64,000 nucleotides of DNA from NCBI GenBank assembly GCA_002633005.1, contig NMRA01000009.1:30923-94922 (forward strand), read 5' to 3'. The stretch comes from Phoronis australis. Its lineage: Eukaryota > Animalia > Phoronida. Below the pieces are notes generated by a model. The model was not told the DNA's origin and did not search any database. It saw nothing but the letters and a program-made list of their open reading frames with translations. The position numbers and the translations under genes were made by a program. Of the stretch, positions 51,201 through 63,962 are shown in pieces; position 1 is the first letter of the stretch; the number at the start of each line of letters is the position of its first letter.

Positions 51201-54200
51201 ATCAAAATGAAAATCAGCTGCTGTCAGCGCATCCATCACTACCATACATCTTTGGGTCAAAGGTCATCTAGTTGTGACTACCGGTTTTTGAGATAATCAA
51301 CCTGTCTTGTCAAAAACTAAAATGGCCAACAGGAGGTGCCAAATGTCATCATGATCCATTAAGCAGTTTCAAGATAATTGACGGACAAAGAATGACTTGA
51401 GCAGTCCAAAACTAACAGGGGGCGCTACAGTAGTTGTGTCCATACAAAAATCCACTGGTGCCTGCACATTCTCGCCGTATACCTCTGAATTGAATTTCAT
51501 TGTGATCCGTCAAGCAGTTTTTGAGATAATCGACGCACAAAGAATAGCTTGTCGAAAACTGAAACGGGACACACTGGGTAACATGGTAGCCAAATCCGTC
51601 AGAAAATCAACTGGTGCTGGTGCATTCCCGCCAAGTACCTCTACACCAAATTTCATCATGATCCGCCGAGCGCTACTTGACATATATGGACAAAAAACAA
51701 TAACAACAAACGGGCCGGCTGACTGACAGATAGACGAACGAGATGCTGACTATATGCAAAAACAAGTTTTTGTGGGGACAGAAAAATTCCATGTGATAAC
51801 GCAACTCATTCCAGTTACAAGAAACATGCTTTTCAAAGCCACCAGGTTTCTTTGTCTGTAATTTCAATAAGATTTTTTCAATTTCATGAATCTACGAATC
51901 TCAAAATGTCTCCACGAATGCTTTTAGGTTGCTATGCCAAGTGAATATTGGAGCTTGTCTATCTGACTCCTCATACTTTTTCTTAGATGTGTTAACACCA
52001 GTTTAGTGTTAAAGTAATTTTCATTCTAATATGGCTGTACAAAATGTGCCTAAAATCAAGTTGCCCATTTCTTAAGTAATGGCATAGTGTACATATTGCA
52101 CTGTACACTAGCAACACGGACTTGTCTTGTTTTTGGATGTTTTTATGGGAATCTGTCAAATGAAATTTTGGCGAGTTTTTGAAGTTTTTCAGAGGGTATT
52201 GAGGACGGTATTTGGCTGACAATATCCACCTGTCAACATTTAGGGGACACGACCCACTTTTAATGATATACTTCTTTCATGAAGGATCACCCATAATTTA
52301 AACTTTCTTCTAATGACCACCACCCATAATTTGAATATATTTCAGAAGACAAACCACCCATTAACTTTTATTTCAACTGCCGTCCCCCCTCCCATACGAA
52401 TTTTGCTGGAACAGCCTTAAGTTACCATTTGATTAAAAAGACAATTACAGAACAGTTTTAAATGTTTCCTGTCAAAATCCGACACTGGCAGTACTGTGCC
52501 GTGTGACTGTGACACAAGCAGACACAGCAGCGTAGGTATAGAGCAGACGATCACCTTTACTCTCTCCTAGACACTCCTTCTTTCTCTTCTTCTTCTTGGT
52601 GTGTATAGCGTAGTTGTCTCGTGCACTCCAGCCAGGGTATAGCTGCAGGTGTAGCTCCTTTTCTTTCCGTGCCATCTCATAGTACTTGGCCTGTTCTGAT
52701 CTGTCAAGGGCATGCCACTGTAAACACAACCAATAAGAATGAGTTATGCAACTAGATTAAACTTGTCAAAAGCAGTGTGATTGGTCGAAGGCTCGCTACT
52801 GAAACAGTGCCAATACTAGTGAGTGTTGCACCCAGATTAAACTTGTCAAAAACAGTGTGAATGGCCAAGGGTGCGACGCTGTAACAGAACCAATGATGAG
52901 TGTCGCAACCAAGTTCAAAACGGAGTTCAACTGGTCGAGGGCATGTAAGTTTAACAGCCAGTTATGAAGAGACTGACTGACCACAGATTTGATACTTAAG
53001 AAGCTTTTGCACAACTATAGCAGCCCTCCATGGGACAACTGCCAGTTCACAAAGTGACCTTTTTACTGCCAGAGATTTGTGGGACATCTCATCAGCAATG
53101 CATTGTGGGACGTTAACCTTGCAAGCAGAATGATATCAGAGAACGTACACCAACATTTTCCAGACAAAAGTCCAGTAAAAAAGAAAATAGATATTTTACA
53201 AGCCCCAAACCGTAAACACGACTGAGCTCGTTTTCACTACAGGTAACTTGCTTGGACACCTATGAAAGCATAGTTTCCCTGCACAATGACAGGCACTTAT
53301 ATACATTAGGTCACTTGATGTGATCAAAAAGATGGCGGATTGAACGGGATAAACTACTTGCAACATATTCCATGCCTCACTGAAAAAGATGATATTTACA
53401 GGCACACTCTGGTTACCGTGGTTCAACAGGGACTATTTATAGGACACTACCAAGAAGAACACAAACAGTACAACATTGTGAATGGTGTTTACATAATTAA
53501 TTAGGGCTAGGCAGAGTCATCAAAGTATGTCTGGGATAATTAGCAATTTGAACATTTTATAAAGCTAATACCAAATTTGAAACGGTACTATACAACCTCA
53601 CACACAAAGTCATGGTCTTATAGGCAAAATGCATGTTTGGAAACATCTAAAAATGAATGATCCTGAATGTAAGGGCACAGCCTTGTAAGGAAATAACATT
53701 TGTTCAGGTAAAAGGCAAGGCATTATTGTTTTGTGTTTCCTGATAATCTGTCTTGACTACAATGACAAATACAATCCACAGTAATACACTATTGACTGTC
53801 TTGACTACAATGACAAATACAATCCACAGTAATACACTATTGACTGTACTGACTACAATGACAAATACAATCCACAGTAATACACTACTGACTGTCTTGA
53901 CTACAATGACAAATACAATCCACAGTAATACACTATTGACTGTCTTGACTACAATGACAAATACAATCCACAGTAATACACTACTGACTGGCTAAAACAA
54001 TTCCAAAGCATTATTGACTTTATAACAAAATCAAACAACATACGTGAAGTTTAAAATGCCGATAATGGATTGTTTTAGTCAGAATTACGTTTCTTTAGAA
54101 AATTCAACATTCCAATGGTCGCCAGACAAAGAGCATGGTCACATATTGCAATAAAGGGACAAAATCCAATATAATGCTACATCCTTATAAACATATGTAC

Positions 54201-57200
54201 TATCAAGAGATTCTCCATTGCAAGCCAATTTATACAACAAAGCATAGTATCCTCAACTGCATGGGAAGCAATGTTGAAGAGTGTCTAAAGACAAGCATCA
54301 CATCATCTTTAACAACTTGTTTCTTTAAGTTGCAGATGTGAAAGTGTGAGCCAGATCAAATCTTTTAATATTTCACACTTCAATTTGTTTCTTATTAAAA
54401 GTAGCAGATGTAAAAATTTTAGCGAGATCAAATCTTTTAATATTTCACATTTTAATAAAAGCCCTAAATTTAATAAAACAATCTCATTTTCACACTGTCA
54501 TTTTTTATTTGTACCAGACATGTGCAATTCGTCTAAGAACTAATAAAATCAAGTAATCCGTCATGTTTCTGCCAGTCAAGTGATCGAGTAAACTTGTTTC
54601 TATGACAACGATAGGCACATATTAAACATTATTTTGCAATCAACTTGGGCCCAAGTAACTAGAGCCCAAACTTACCCGCCTTCCTAAGATTTGATTGATT
54701 GCTGCCGATTCCTTTAATGTACACTCAGCCACTACCTTGGCCCTATTCTCTTTCATAAATAACATGAATGCATTGAGCGGCTTCTTTATATGAGGTTTTT
54801 TCTTCTCTGGAGGAGGCTCACTATTCTGACCCATTCCACTACGTTCATGTAATAATTGCCTGAAAACATACAACCAGATATATACCAGTTGACATCGCAA
54901 CTGCAGCGTGGAACATAACACCTGAGATTTACCATAGAGCGCCCCTGCCACAATGTCAGGAACGGGCTCCTTCCGCATAACTCCCTGGTAAAACTGACAA
55001 GTTAAATACAGGGCCGCCATTAAAAAACATTTGAAATACGTCAATAATTTTTTTAGGTTTTATGATGGTTTAGGTTAACGAATGTTTTACAGTAACAATA
55101 TGGATGGAGTTAGTAGCCTTACTTAATCTAACTGAAAGATGGCTAATTTTTACCTTGATTATGATGTTGTATGTGGTTTCAGTAAGGAACAACCTTCATT
55201 CATTTTCTGTAACTAGCAATGCCCATTTGTGTTCTTTGCCAAATAATAAAATGTCAAAAAGCAAAAAATGTTTTAACCCTGTCGGGGTGTTTAGTTCCAA
55301 CAATGTTTGAAATATTCTGATCCTAGTTTACATCTGAAAGTGATACAGATCCTGGTTTACATCTGAAAGTGATACAGTTGGTCTGCATGAATATACAAGA
55401 CTGTTAGAAATGTTGCTAAATGTACGTCATTGTTTTAACCTATTTGTGGAGTGTGACTGACACACATGTCTGCCAAAATTCAAGAATTTGATGCTGAAAT
55501 CTAGAATGATTGCATTGCAGAGATTACAGAACATTACAGTCAAGGATGAATTCTGTTTTACCATGTTAACGTGGTTTGACGCATTTTGCCAAAAAACACT
55601 TAAACACTTGTTTTATGACATTGCATAAAACATTTGTAATTGATTTTGTTTTTCAAATAACTGATTAAAAAAGAGGCGCCATCAAATTTCACAATGACGT
55701 CATACTAAACAAAAGGAACACACAAGTGTATGCATTAGGTATGATAAACTTATCTTAGATTGTTCACATTAACTAAGAACGCATTTACGCTCACGGTGAT
55801 GTCAATACGTTTTCAAGGACAACATGACTGTCATTCAGGAATCGTTGCTGAACTGATGCACAAGAACTCAGGTCACGGAAATAGATGGGAATAGTCGATG
55901 ATATTCTGACCTCGGCCGAGGTACAAAATTGTGCTCAAAAGGGCTTTTAGTTTGATAACAGAAAGGATGTGAACATTATGGCATATTGCATATTACTAAA
56001 TTTGGTATGTATTTTTAAGTTTTTGAACTAGATTACCCTTTGATGGTAAAAGCCCTGAAAATATATCCTAATAGGGCAATAATTTTAGAAGTACTCAATT
56101 CAATTACTTGTTGAATTTAATACTGAACTAAATACTTAGTTTGTGTTCTTATTCTAATGAAGGTAATATTAAACATCACAAAGATAACGTTTGAACCGAT
56201 AAGTTGTGAAAACATAAGCAACCAGTCAACAGGTAAAAAAATGCCACAACAGTCATTAAGACAGTAAAGCCATGCGTGATCTAAACAAGACACCTTTGAG
56301 TAGTGAAGCATAAAATTTGAGTCGTCTGTAATTTCATGCTGAATGCCACTACACAATGAACTATAACACGCCTTTGGGCGGAAGATGGCTTTCAAATGGG
56401 CAAGTCTTCAAGCAGTTTTTGGTTTGAAATTGTTAAGGGCGAAATTCTAACCTTTTCTCCGAGTCTCATTCACATCAATCAGAATCAAATTAAAATCAAA
56501 TATAAACTAAAACATCAAAGAATTCAACTTGGCCAGAGTAAGGGGCACCGGCATGTGTCACACAACAATAAACTCTAGTTAACAATAGTAAACACAAGGA
56601 TTTTTGAATTTTCTGGCTATTTAATAGTCTCAATATAGCTCACCCAAGGACAATGAACGGAATACTTTTGATTAGCCGACCAGAACAGCCCAAGGCGCGA
56701 TACCTTAAGGTCATCAAGTACAATGTAGACAGGAGATGAAGCCAGGAAGCACTAAGCTATGTTTATAGTAACATGGTGCATCTCAACCCAGAGGAATCAG
56801 ACAACTTTATTTGACAAGATAGATCAACATCTTTTGTTAATACCATTGGAAACACATGTGACATTTTATTTAGAATACAGGGTCTTGACTTTCTAGCCTG
56901 TGTTACCCAACAGGTTTTTCAAATAATTCTGGTATGTAATGCATTAGCACCAGTTCCTGAGACTGCTAAGCTAGGAAAACTTAATAACATAAAGATTTGG
57001 ACAGTAATAGAAAACAGCACTGGCTTGAATTAAAAGTGGCAACACATGAAAGGAATTGGAGACTATAAACTGTTCTGCATAATCATACAGCTCCGCCCTC
57101 ACCTTTGATCTTGGGACTTAATCAAGCCAGTCACAGATTGCTTGACCTCTAAGTGTACTAGGAAACATTCTATCATTTTTTATCTCTGGTTAGACTGGAG

Positions 57201-59006
57201 AATTAATTCATTTCCACTTTGAGCAAACAGCCAAAAATTTCCCAGAAATTCATGATGTAAAATATTTTATCAAGTCTCAAACTATGCCATCACATTCATG
57301 AACAAAATAAAACAAAAAAATTAGGATACAACACATCAATACTATAAACAACCATCCTTCTGCTTACCTATGAGTTTCGTGTGAATTTAGAGATACAGGA
57401 ATTTCTTGCTTTGGTCCCGGCGTAATGATCGCAGGTGGTGATATGCCCGGCGGTGTAAGACCCGTATGTGGAAAGACACCTGGTGGCGAGAACCTAGCTA
57501 ACGTAGAGTTTGGAACTAAACCCGTGGCATACGGTGACCTGAAGGCTGCCGTGGTGATTGGATAGCCTGGAGTACCTTGCCTGAAATGGAAACTATCCAT
57601 GTCATGTCTGGTAAAAATTCTTCAATTTGGCAGAAAATATATTTCCGCAAAATCCTGTTTTCCTATTTTTCAAGGGTTACTACATTGCAACAAATGTTCA
57701 AAATTTCACCAAGTGTTCAAAATATCACCAAATGTTCTTTTTAAAAAGAAAGACCGTGCAAACCATGTTAATAATGAAATAAAATTTCTGATCATTTATT
57801 TGTGTTAAATTTTTTTTTGACTATTTAACACCTCTTCCCCGCCATTTTGTCTTAAATTGAAGAATATTTTACTGCAACACAACTCCACAATGATATACAG
57901 TGATGTAAACAATATTCAGAGACAACAACTCATGAACACACAAATGCATCAAGCCTGTTTAAGACATATGAGCAACACAGCAACCCATATCAAAATTGCG
58001 TGTGAATGACTTCGCAACATGTCGTGGTCTGTGTTGCAGGCGTCGCCTGACAAGTTGCGGAATAATCCAGCAACTGCAACTTCTTGGGTGACATTGTTAG
58101 CCGGTATGACACTTGTGTGATGTCACGTTACTTTTCAACACACCTGTTACAAAACTTTTTGGCTGACAATCTCATTCATCCGCCACAAGACACAGTGTAT
58201 GTTTCTCACTTTTACAAAATGAACTTAACTCCAGATGTGCCACAAGGTAACTCATTTGAGTCGAGAGTTTTTACACTTCTCTCCATAACTGCCAAATAAT
58301 AAGAGACAACCCGGGAAATCCTTTTGTTGAATTTTTGGTCAGACTGAGTTAACTAATAGTCACAAAATCAAATGTAAGAGAAGACTAACACTAACCCACA
58401 AGAGCCAGTATGTGACTGAAGGTCAAAAAGACTGGAAATAACAAAACGTAAAAATAGGATATAGCAACCTCAGAATTTGAACGACACAGGTTAAGTACAC
58501 GACATCGGAAGTTCTAGGATGACACAAGGGGGCTGTAATTGCAAATCTAGGGTAAACTTCTGACAACGACACGCTAGCAATGTTTTTTCAGATCTTAATA
58601 CCCTGCGAGTTGGAATCGGACGTTACCTGGATTCTCGAAATGTGAAATGCATCCAGTGGAAAAATCACTATTCTGACAATAAGTTTCGTGCAAAATAATG
58701 AAGAATTACTATTAACTCTAAACTGACATAGATTAAGATTCTTTACTACAAGATAACTCGTTCGCATACAACATGAAGTGACTTACCATTGCAAGATAAC
58801 TCGTTCACATACAACATGAAGTGACTTACCATTGCAAGATAACTCGTTCGCATACAACATGAAGTGACTTACCATTGCAAGATAACTCGTTCACATACAA
58901 CATGAAGTGACTTACCATTGCACTTGTGAGAATTCTGGACTGTATAAAGGATGAGGAAACTGAGCTGGAGCAGGACCAAAGGGTAACATGGACGCACGGG
59001 GTAAAC
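47966..59006 (-). CDS. TCF: TCF/LEF (pangolin) HMG-box Wnt effector with C-clamp; the 5' exons (beta-catenin-binding domain) lie beyond the window
   Basis: Exons 59006-58916, 57580-57368, 54859-54676, 52717-52555, (50305-50255), 49983-49911, 48233-47966. HMG box [43 protein letters not shown]...[10 protein letters not shown], basic tail KKKKRKK, C-clamp [25 protein letters not shown]. Confidence 0.97.
49911..49983 (-). CDS. TCF: TCF C-clamp exon (73 nt)
   Basis: (D)[23 protein letters not shown](R); strong pyrimidine acceptor, gtatgt donor. Confidence 0.96.
50255..50305 (-). CDS. TCF: Candidate 51-nt symmetric cassette exon of TCF
   Basis: ctaacattcag acceptor, gtaaat donor, phase 1/1, open frame (D)[16 protein letters not shown]. 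Confidence 0.6.
50695..52417. mobile_element. PIF/Harbinger-like non-autonomous element with TAA TSD in a TCF intron
   Basis: gggctgttccagtaaaaaacgtatgggagggg / cccctcccatacgaattttgctggaacagcct; taa on both flanks. Confidence 0.8.
52555..52717 (-). CDS. TCF: TCF exon (HMG box C-half and basic tail)
   Basis: [54 protein letters not shown]. Confidence 0.97.
53747..53990. repeat. 48-bp minisatellite, 5 copies
   Basis: ctgtcttgactacaatgacaaatacaatccacagtaatacactattga. Confidence 0.93.
54676..54859 (-). CDS. TCF: TCF exon (HMG box N-half)
   Basis: [43 protein letters not shown]. Confidence 0.97.
57368..57580 (-). CDS. TCF: TCF exon (Groucho-binding region)
   Basis: [17 protein letters not shown]...[13 protein letters not shown]...[11 protein letters not shown]; phase 2/2. 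Confidence 0.93.
58749..58921. repeat. 43-bp tandem repeat, 4 copies, containing the TCF splice donor
   Basis: caagataactcgttc(g/a)catacaacatgaagtgacttaccattg. Confidence 0.93.
58916..59006 (-). CDS. TCF: TCF exon (Pro-rich context-regulatory region)
   Basis: tttgcag acceptor, gtaagt donor; (G)[29 protein letters not shown](W), aligning by eye to vertebrate GIPRP..QIPHPLGW; phase 1/2 joins the next exon. Confidence 0.85.
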
Positions 59007-62000
59007 CTGCAAACAGTCACCAAACACTTTAGGTAAGGATTAGCAATCAGCAATGGTTCATTGGAAGTAAGGCAAAAGCATACCAGTTTCCTAATACAGA
59101 TAGTTGATGCTTTATCTGGAGTGTAATTAGAAATCTGCATCACTTGTGTGGGTACAAGAATGTGCCAAGTTAAATTCTCAAACCAGAGACAAACTAATAC
59201 TGCCAGTCACATGGCAGATTCCAAAGAACAACATTGTCTATACCAGAACATCACCACTGGTTAGTTTTGACATGAGTTAAAAGGGGTCACCATAATTAAG
59301 TTCAAAAGGCAACCCACAGAAAGACTGTTATGCAAATTTGAAGCTTATGATGTAATCATGTTACAGCGAGCTTAATGAGAATGTGATATTTAATCGGTAC
59401 AAAAAAGTTCGACTGCCGTCCAGTAGACATGTGACTTGAATAATGTGACAGCAGATATTACAGTTAACAAATTGGAACAGAAATGATATCTTTTCCATCA
59501 ATTTCAAATCAACACTAGAACACGATACTACAGAACGATACAGTAAACTGAAACAAACTACAACAAACTACAACAAACTACGACAAACTACACACAACTT
59601 GTTCATGTAGCATCAGTGTCACATAACACAATGTAATAATTTGGAAACTCTTTAAAATATTAATTAGACAATTCCATTTCTCTTATAATCACCACAATTG
59701 GGATTACCATAAAAAGCTTTCAATTATTCTGAAAGGTTATTTCAGACAAGTGAAAGCAAAAAAGTAAAAAACTACATCGGTATTACACTGATAACATGAA
59801 ATAAAAATACAACAAAATAAATAGTAGGGTATGTTCAAAACAAGGTTAAATCTTAAACAGGTGGCTAGTTAATAGCACAGTTTACATTATCCATCAGAGA
59901 GGACAAATAAATTAAGTTAATGACTATGAAGAACTTGCTGGACCACAGACTAAGTAGGGCTAATAAATACAAAGGTGTAAAACTACCTCAACAAGAGTGT
60001 TTATCAGACTACACCAACAAGAGTGTTTATCAGACCCCACTGCAGTAAAGCTGTGACCACCATGTATTCAGACAACTGTAAAATCTCACTTTTGAACATA
60101 AAAATGCTAAAACTGGTCTTTTTCATTATTCAAATGTTTCTTTGCAAAAACCAGAAATACCAAATAATTGAACAAGGAACAATTTGAGACGAATTTCATA
60201 ACAGCAAACAGTCAAAATCAAAAGTTGTTGTTTGTGATGTAAGACGGGTTTATAGCTGCTTCAAACAAAGAATTGTTTTAAATGAGATTGTAATTCTGTG
60301 ATATCTGACCTTTCTGTGTCAAAGAAAAATAGCACAGAGTTTCCAACTTAACAGTGTCTCATAAATTGTATGTTGTTTAACTGAGCAAATCCACTCTATG
60401 TTTGTATGGAATAGAGATGACTAATACTCTGGCATTGTTCTAAAAAGGCATAACTACTTCTTTTCTATCCAGACAAAACTGTTTATTCATCCATTTAAGT
60501 TTAGGGTCAAGATGATCTTAAAATTGCCCTCAATTATGCTGCAGAACAAGGGTGCAGAAAACAAAAGAGTGAGATGTGTGGCAGACTAACAAGGCCAGTG
60601 GCCAAGTGGCAAGACACAGCAGACTGGGATTATGGAGACCCTTTGAAGAAACTATGTCAAATCTGACACTTAGGCCAACCATTGAATAGAGGTCAGGTGA
60701 AATCAAGTCCTGTGACACAAACCAATGACGAACATTAATTTCACACTAACAATATAAATACAGCATGTCCCTCATAATTATTGAAGTTAATTTTCAGCTT
60801 GCTGGACAATTTTCATGATTTTGGTGCACAACTGTATGCCTGTGGTTAGTGTGGGTATGTTGACTTGATTCAAGAGCTGTCAATCACATTGATAGCATTG
60901 TACTCCTGTGTTCTCCCTAGTACACAGTAGGACAGAGGATAAAAGCAAACAGGCTTTATCAGGCTCTTTCACAGTCAGTCAGCAGCAGGATACCTGCTTT
61001 TGTTAGAGCCACAGAGACTGGTCATTAATAACTGGTTGCCACTTTTAATCACTAAAAGCTACCCAGCAATACCCCCATTCACCAGCTCAACCAACTACAA
61101 AAAAGACCAAGTAAGATATTGATCAAAGAAAAATCAAAGCCAACTTGCAAGAAGTTTTAAATTTCAACAAAACGCTCTTTCCTTAAAACAATCCCAAAAC
61201 ACTGAACTATGAATTGTGATCATTAGAGAATGGGTGAAGAAATAACAGTGCAATCTAAAAATGAAAAACACCCACATGAAGAAAAAGAGGCATTATTCAA
61301 CATATCATATTTTAATATTTTAAAATATGTTCTCAGTTAACAAGTACAACTGCAAAGCAGCTGCTGTCCCTAGACCAAAATGTTTGCAGATTTTTTATTA
61401 AAAAATACGCCTGTACAGAGTTGTAGGCTTCATGGCCATTTGACCTAATGGTAACATGCTATTTCACCACAAGTTTATCTAACCCCACTACAGGGCAGTA
61501 TTTTTGTAAGCACATCTTAAGTATTTGAAATCCTCTTGGGAAATGGGCTAAGTAGCTATCCCCAACATTCCGCTATGTTATTTCAACGTCTCAGATTTGT
61601 CACATTTTTATTTATACACGACATAATAAATCTGTCTCCGAGATCAATACATAACTGTTATGACTGTGTGTTAAAATGTACACAACTCCAGTTGCTGTTG
61701 ATTACCCCAAGGGGACAAAGTGCCACATGCAATCCATGAACAAATATTTATTAATTTACTGCACTAATACAACTCAGGCACACCATTGCAATATTAAACT
61801 AATCATCTTCACGCACACTCCTCTAACATAATTTGTCACTGCACAATCATTTTTGTTTGACGCAGAGTTAAGAAGGTTGAACAGGAAACAAGTCCACCTT
61901 GTGTTAGTAAAAAGACAGCAACACACCATCACATAACTAACAGGTTAAAGTGGATATCAAAAAAGAGACAACAATATGCGCCATCACAGATGTTTCAAAA

Positions 62001-62119
62001 TGCATGCTTTCTTAAATCACATTTTTGTATAAAATAGCCAACGCGTAATAGAAAAATCAATATACTGTAACTTCAATATCAGTAAAACAATATGTTGGAA
62101 GTACGAAGATGGGCTTTGT

Positions 62120-62381
62120 TTCAATGTCCAGTTAAAGATAAATAGCCAGACCAAAGAGCAGCAGTTCTACTGACTGACAAGTCATTCAATGTCCTGTTAA
62201 AGATAAATAGCCAGACTAGAGAGCAGCAGTTCTACTGACTGACAAGTCATTCAATGTCCAGTTAAAGACAAATAGCCAGACCAGAGAGCAGCAGTTCTAC
62301 TGACTGACAAGTCATTCAATGTCCTGTTAAAGATAAATAGCCAGACCAAAGAGCAGCAGTTCTACTGACTGACAAGTCATT
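62120..62381. repeat. 65-bp tandem repeat, 4 copies
   Basis: ttcaatgtcc(a/t)gttaaagataaatagccagacc..gagcagcagttctactgactgacaagtca. Confidence 0.92.
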
Positions 62382-62511
62382 TACACCACTTACATAGCAG
62401 TGTTTCTGTATTGTAAAGCTGTATTCACATCACTTTTGGTAGCAGTGTTTCTGTATGGTAAAGTTGTATTCACACCACTTTTGATAGCAGTGTTTCTGTA
62501 TGGTAAAGTTG

Positions 62512-63154
62512 TGTAACGGGGGCGGTATCTACGACCAAGGCGCCCCGATTTTACGAGCCCGGTGCGGACTGAGGGTGATGTTGAAAACTAAAAGTTGGTG
62601 AATAATACATAGGTTTATTGTAAGAATATATAACTACAATTCCACACTTACAAGCAATTCAGTTGTTCCATAACTTAGTATCGCAGCGTTGTGATTTATA
62701 CAGTTCTGATACACGGGCAAGCCAGTCGCTGATTAATAGTTGTGTGTGCAAGAACGGGGCAATTTGGTTATTCAGATCCGAAAGGTGAGATGCAATCAAG
62801 CTCGGGAGGAGCCCGAGAATTGCATGGGGCTAAACTATTGGCAACCAAGTTCGGGAGGAGCCCGAAAGCTGCACAAACAGTCGCAATTTGGTGTGAGTGA
62901 AAGTGTACATGTTTGCTTCTTGAACTCTGCGACTGGACTCCTCGTGTCTGACAGAGACAAAGCTTAAGTACACAATTTCAACCAATCAGACACGATCTGA
63001 CGGGCAAGGCCCATAGCTCCTAGCTTCTGACCATATTTGGCCATGTTCAAAGGACTCAACATCATAGGAAAATTCCATACGTAATACACAGCTTGACCAC
63101 TAGAGGGCGCATATATCTTACTTACATAATCATGTCCAGGGCACTCCTGTTACA
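62512..63154 (-). mobile_element. Solo LTR (Gypsy-like; Ginger-type DNA element not excluded), 643 bp
   Basis: TGTAAC...GTTACA termini; 4-bp TSD gttg (62508-62511 / 63155-63158); AATAAA on - strand near 62614. Confidence 0.78.
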
Positions 63155-63639
63155 GTTGTATTCACACCACTTACATAGCAGTGTTCCTGTATTGTAAAAC
63201 TGTGTACATACCAACTACACCTGGTTGTAACTCATTCTCTAGTTGTACCTGTTATGTAACCATTACAGTTACAACCATTGTAACCTTGTCAGTGCTTTCA
63301 CTTTCCAATTCACTCCAGTTAGTCCTTCTGTGCACCATTGTTTCCAATGAGATTTGACAGCATGGCTGCCTAGTCATGTGTTCACACTGAGACCATACAA
63401 TGTCTTACTAAACCACCATTACAGAGGCTTATAAACAAGCTACAGATACAATTTTAAAACTGGTTTTAAGGTTTTCAGACAGAGAGGTATAATAAGCTGG
63501 AAATTGGATCTAATCGTTATAGCTACTTAGGTGTGAACAGGGTACAAGTCCAAAATCATTAGTAATTATCAGGCGGAACAATGGCAGTGATGTTCCTTTG
63601 TTGTTAACCACCATAGTAACTATTTAGTGAACTGAGGAA

Positions 63640-63962
63640 CAAACTGAAGAACAATATAAGGGATATCAAAGTGAAGAACAATATAAGGGATATCAAAGTG
63701 AAGAACAATATAAGGGATATCAAACTGAAGAACAATATAAGGGATATCAAACTGAAGACCAATATAAGGGATATCAAACTGAAGAACAATATAAGGGATA
63801 TCAAACTGAAGACCAATATAAGGGATATCAAACTGAACAATATAAAGGATATCAAACTGAAGACCAATATAAGGGATATCAAACAGAAGACCAATATAAG
63901 GGATATCAAACTGAAGACCAATATAAGGGATATCAAACTGAAGACCAATATAAGGGATATCA
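63640..63962. repeat. 27-bp minisatellite, ~12 copies
   Basis: caaactgaagaccaatataagggatat; source of ORFs 63604-63996. Confidence 0.95.

Noticed and set aside
20130-53100. Hammerhead ribozyme cores (ctgatga/tcatcag hits at ~20138, 26961, 49671, 53088)
   Set aside because: No correctly placed GAAA or flanking stems found by eye
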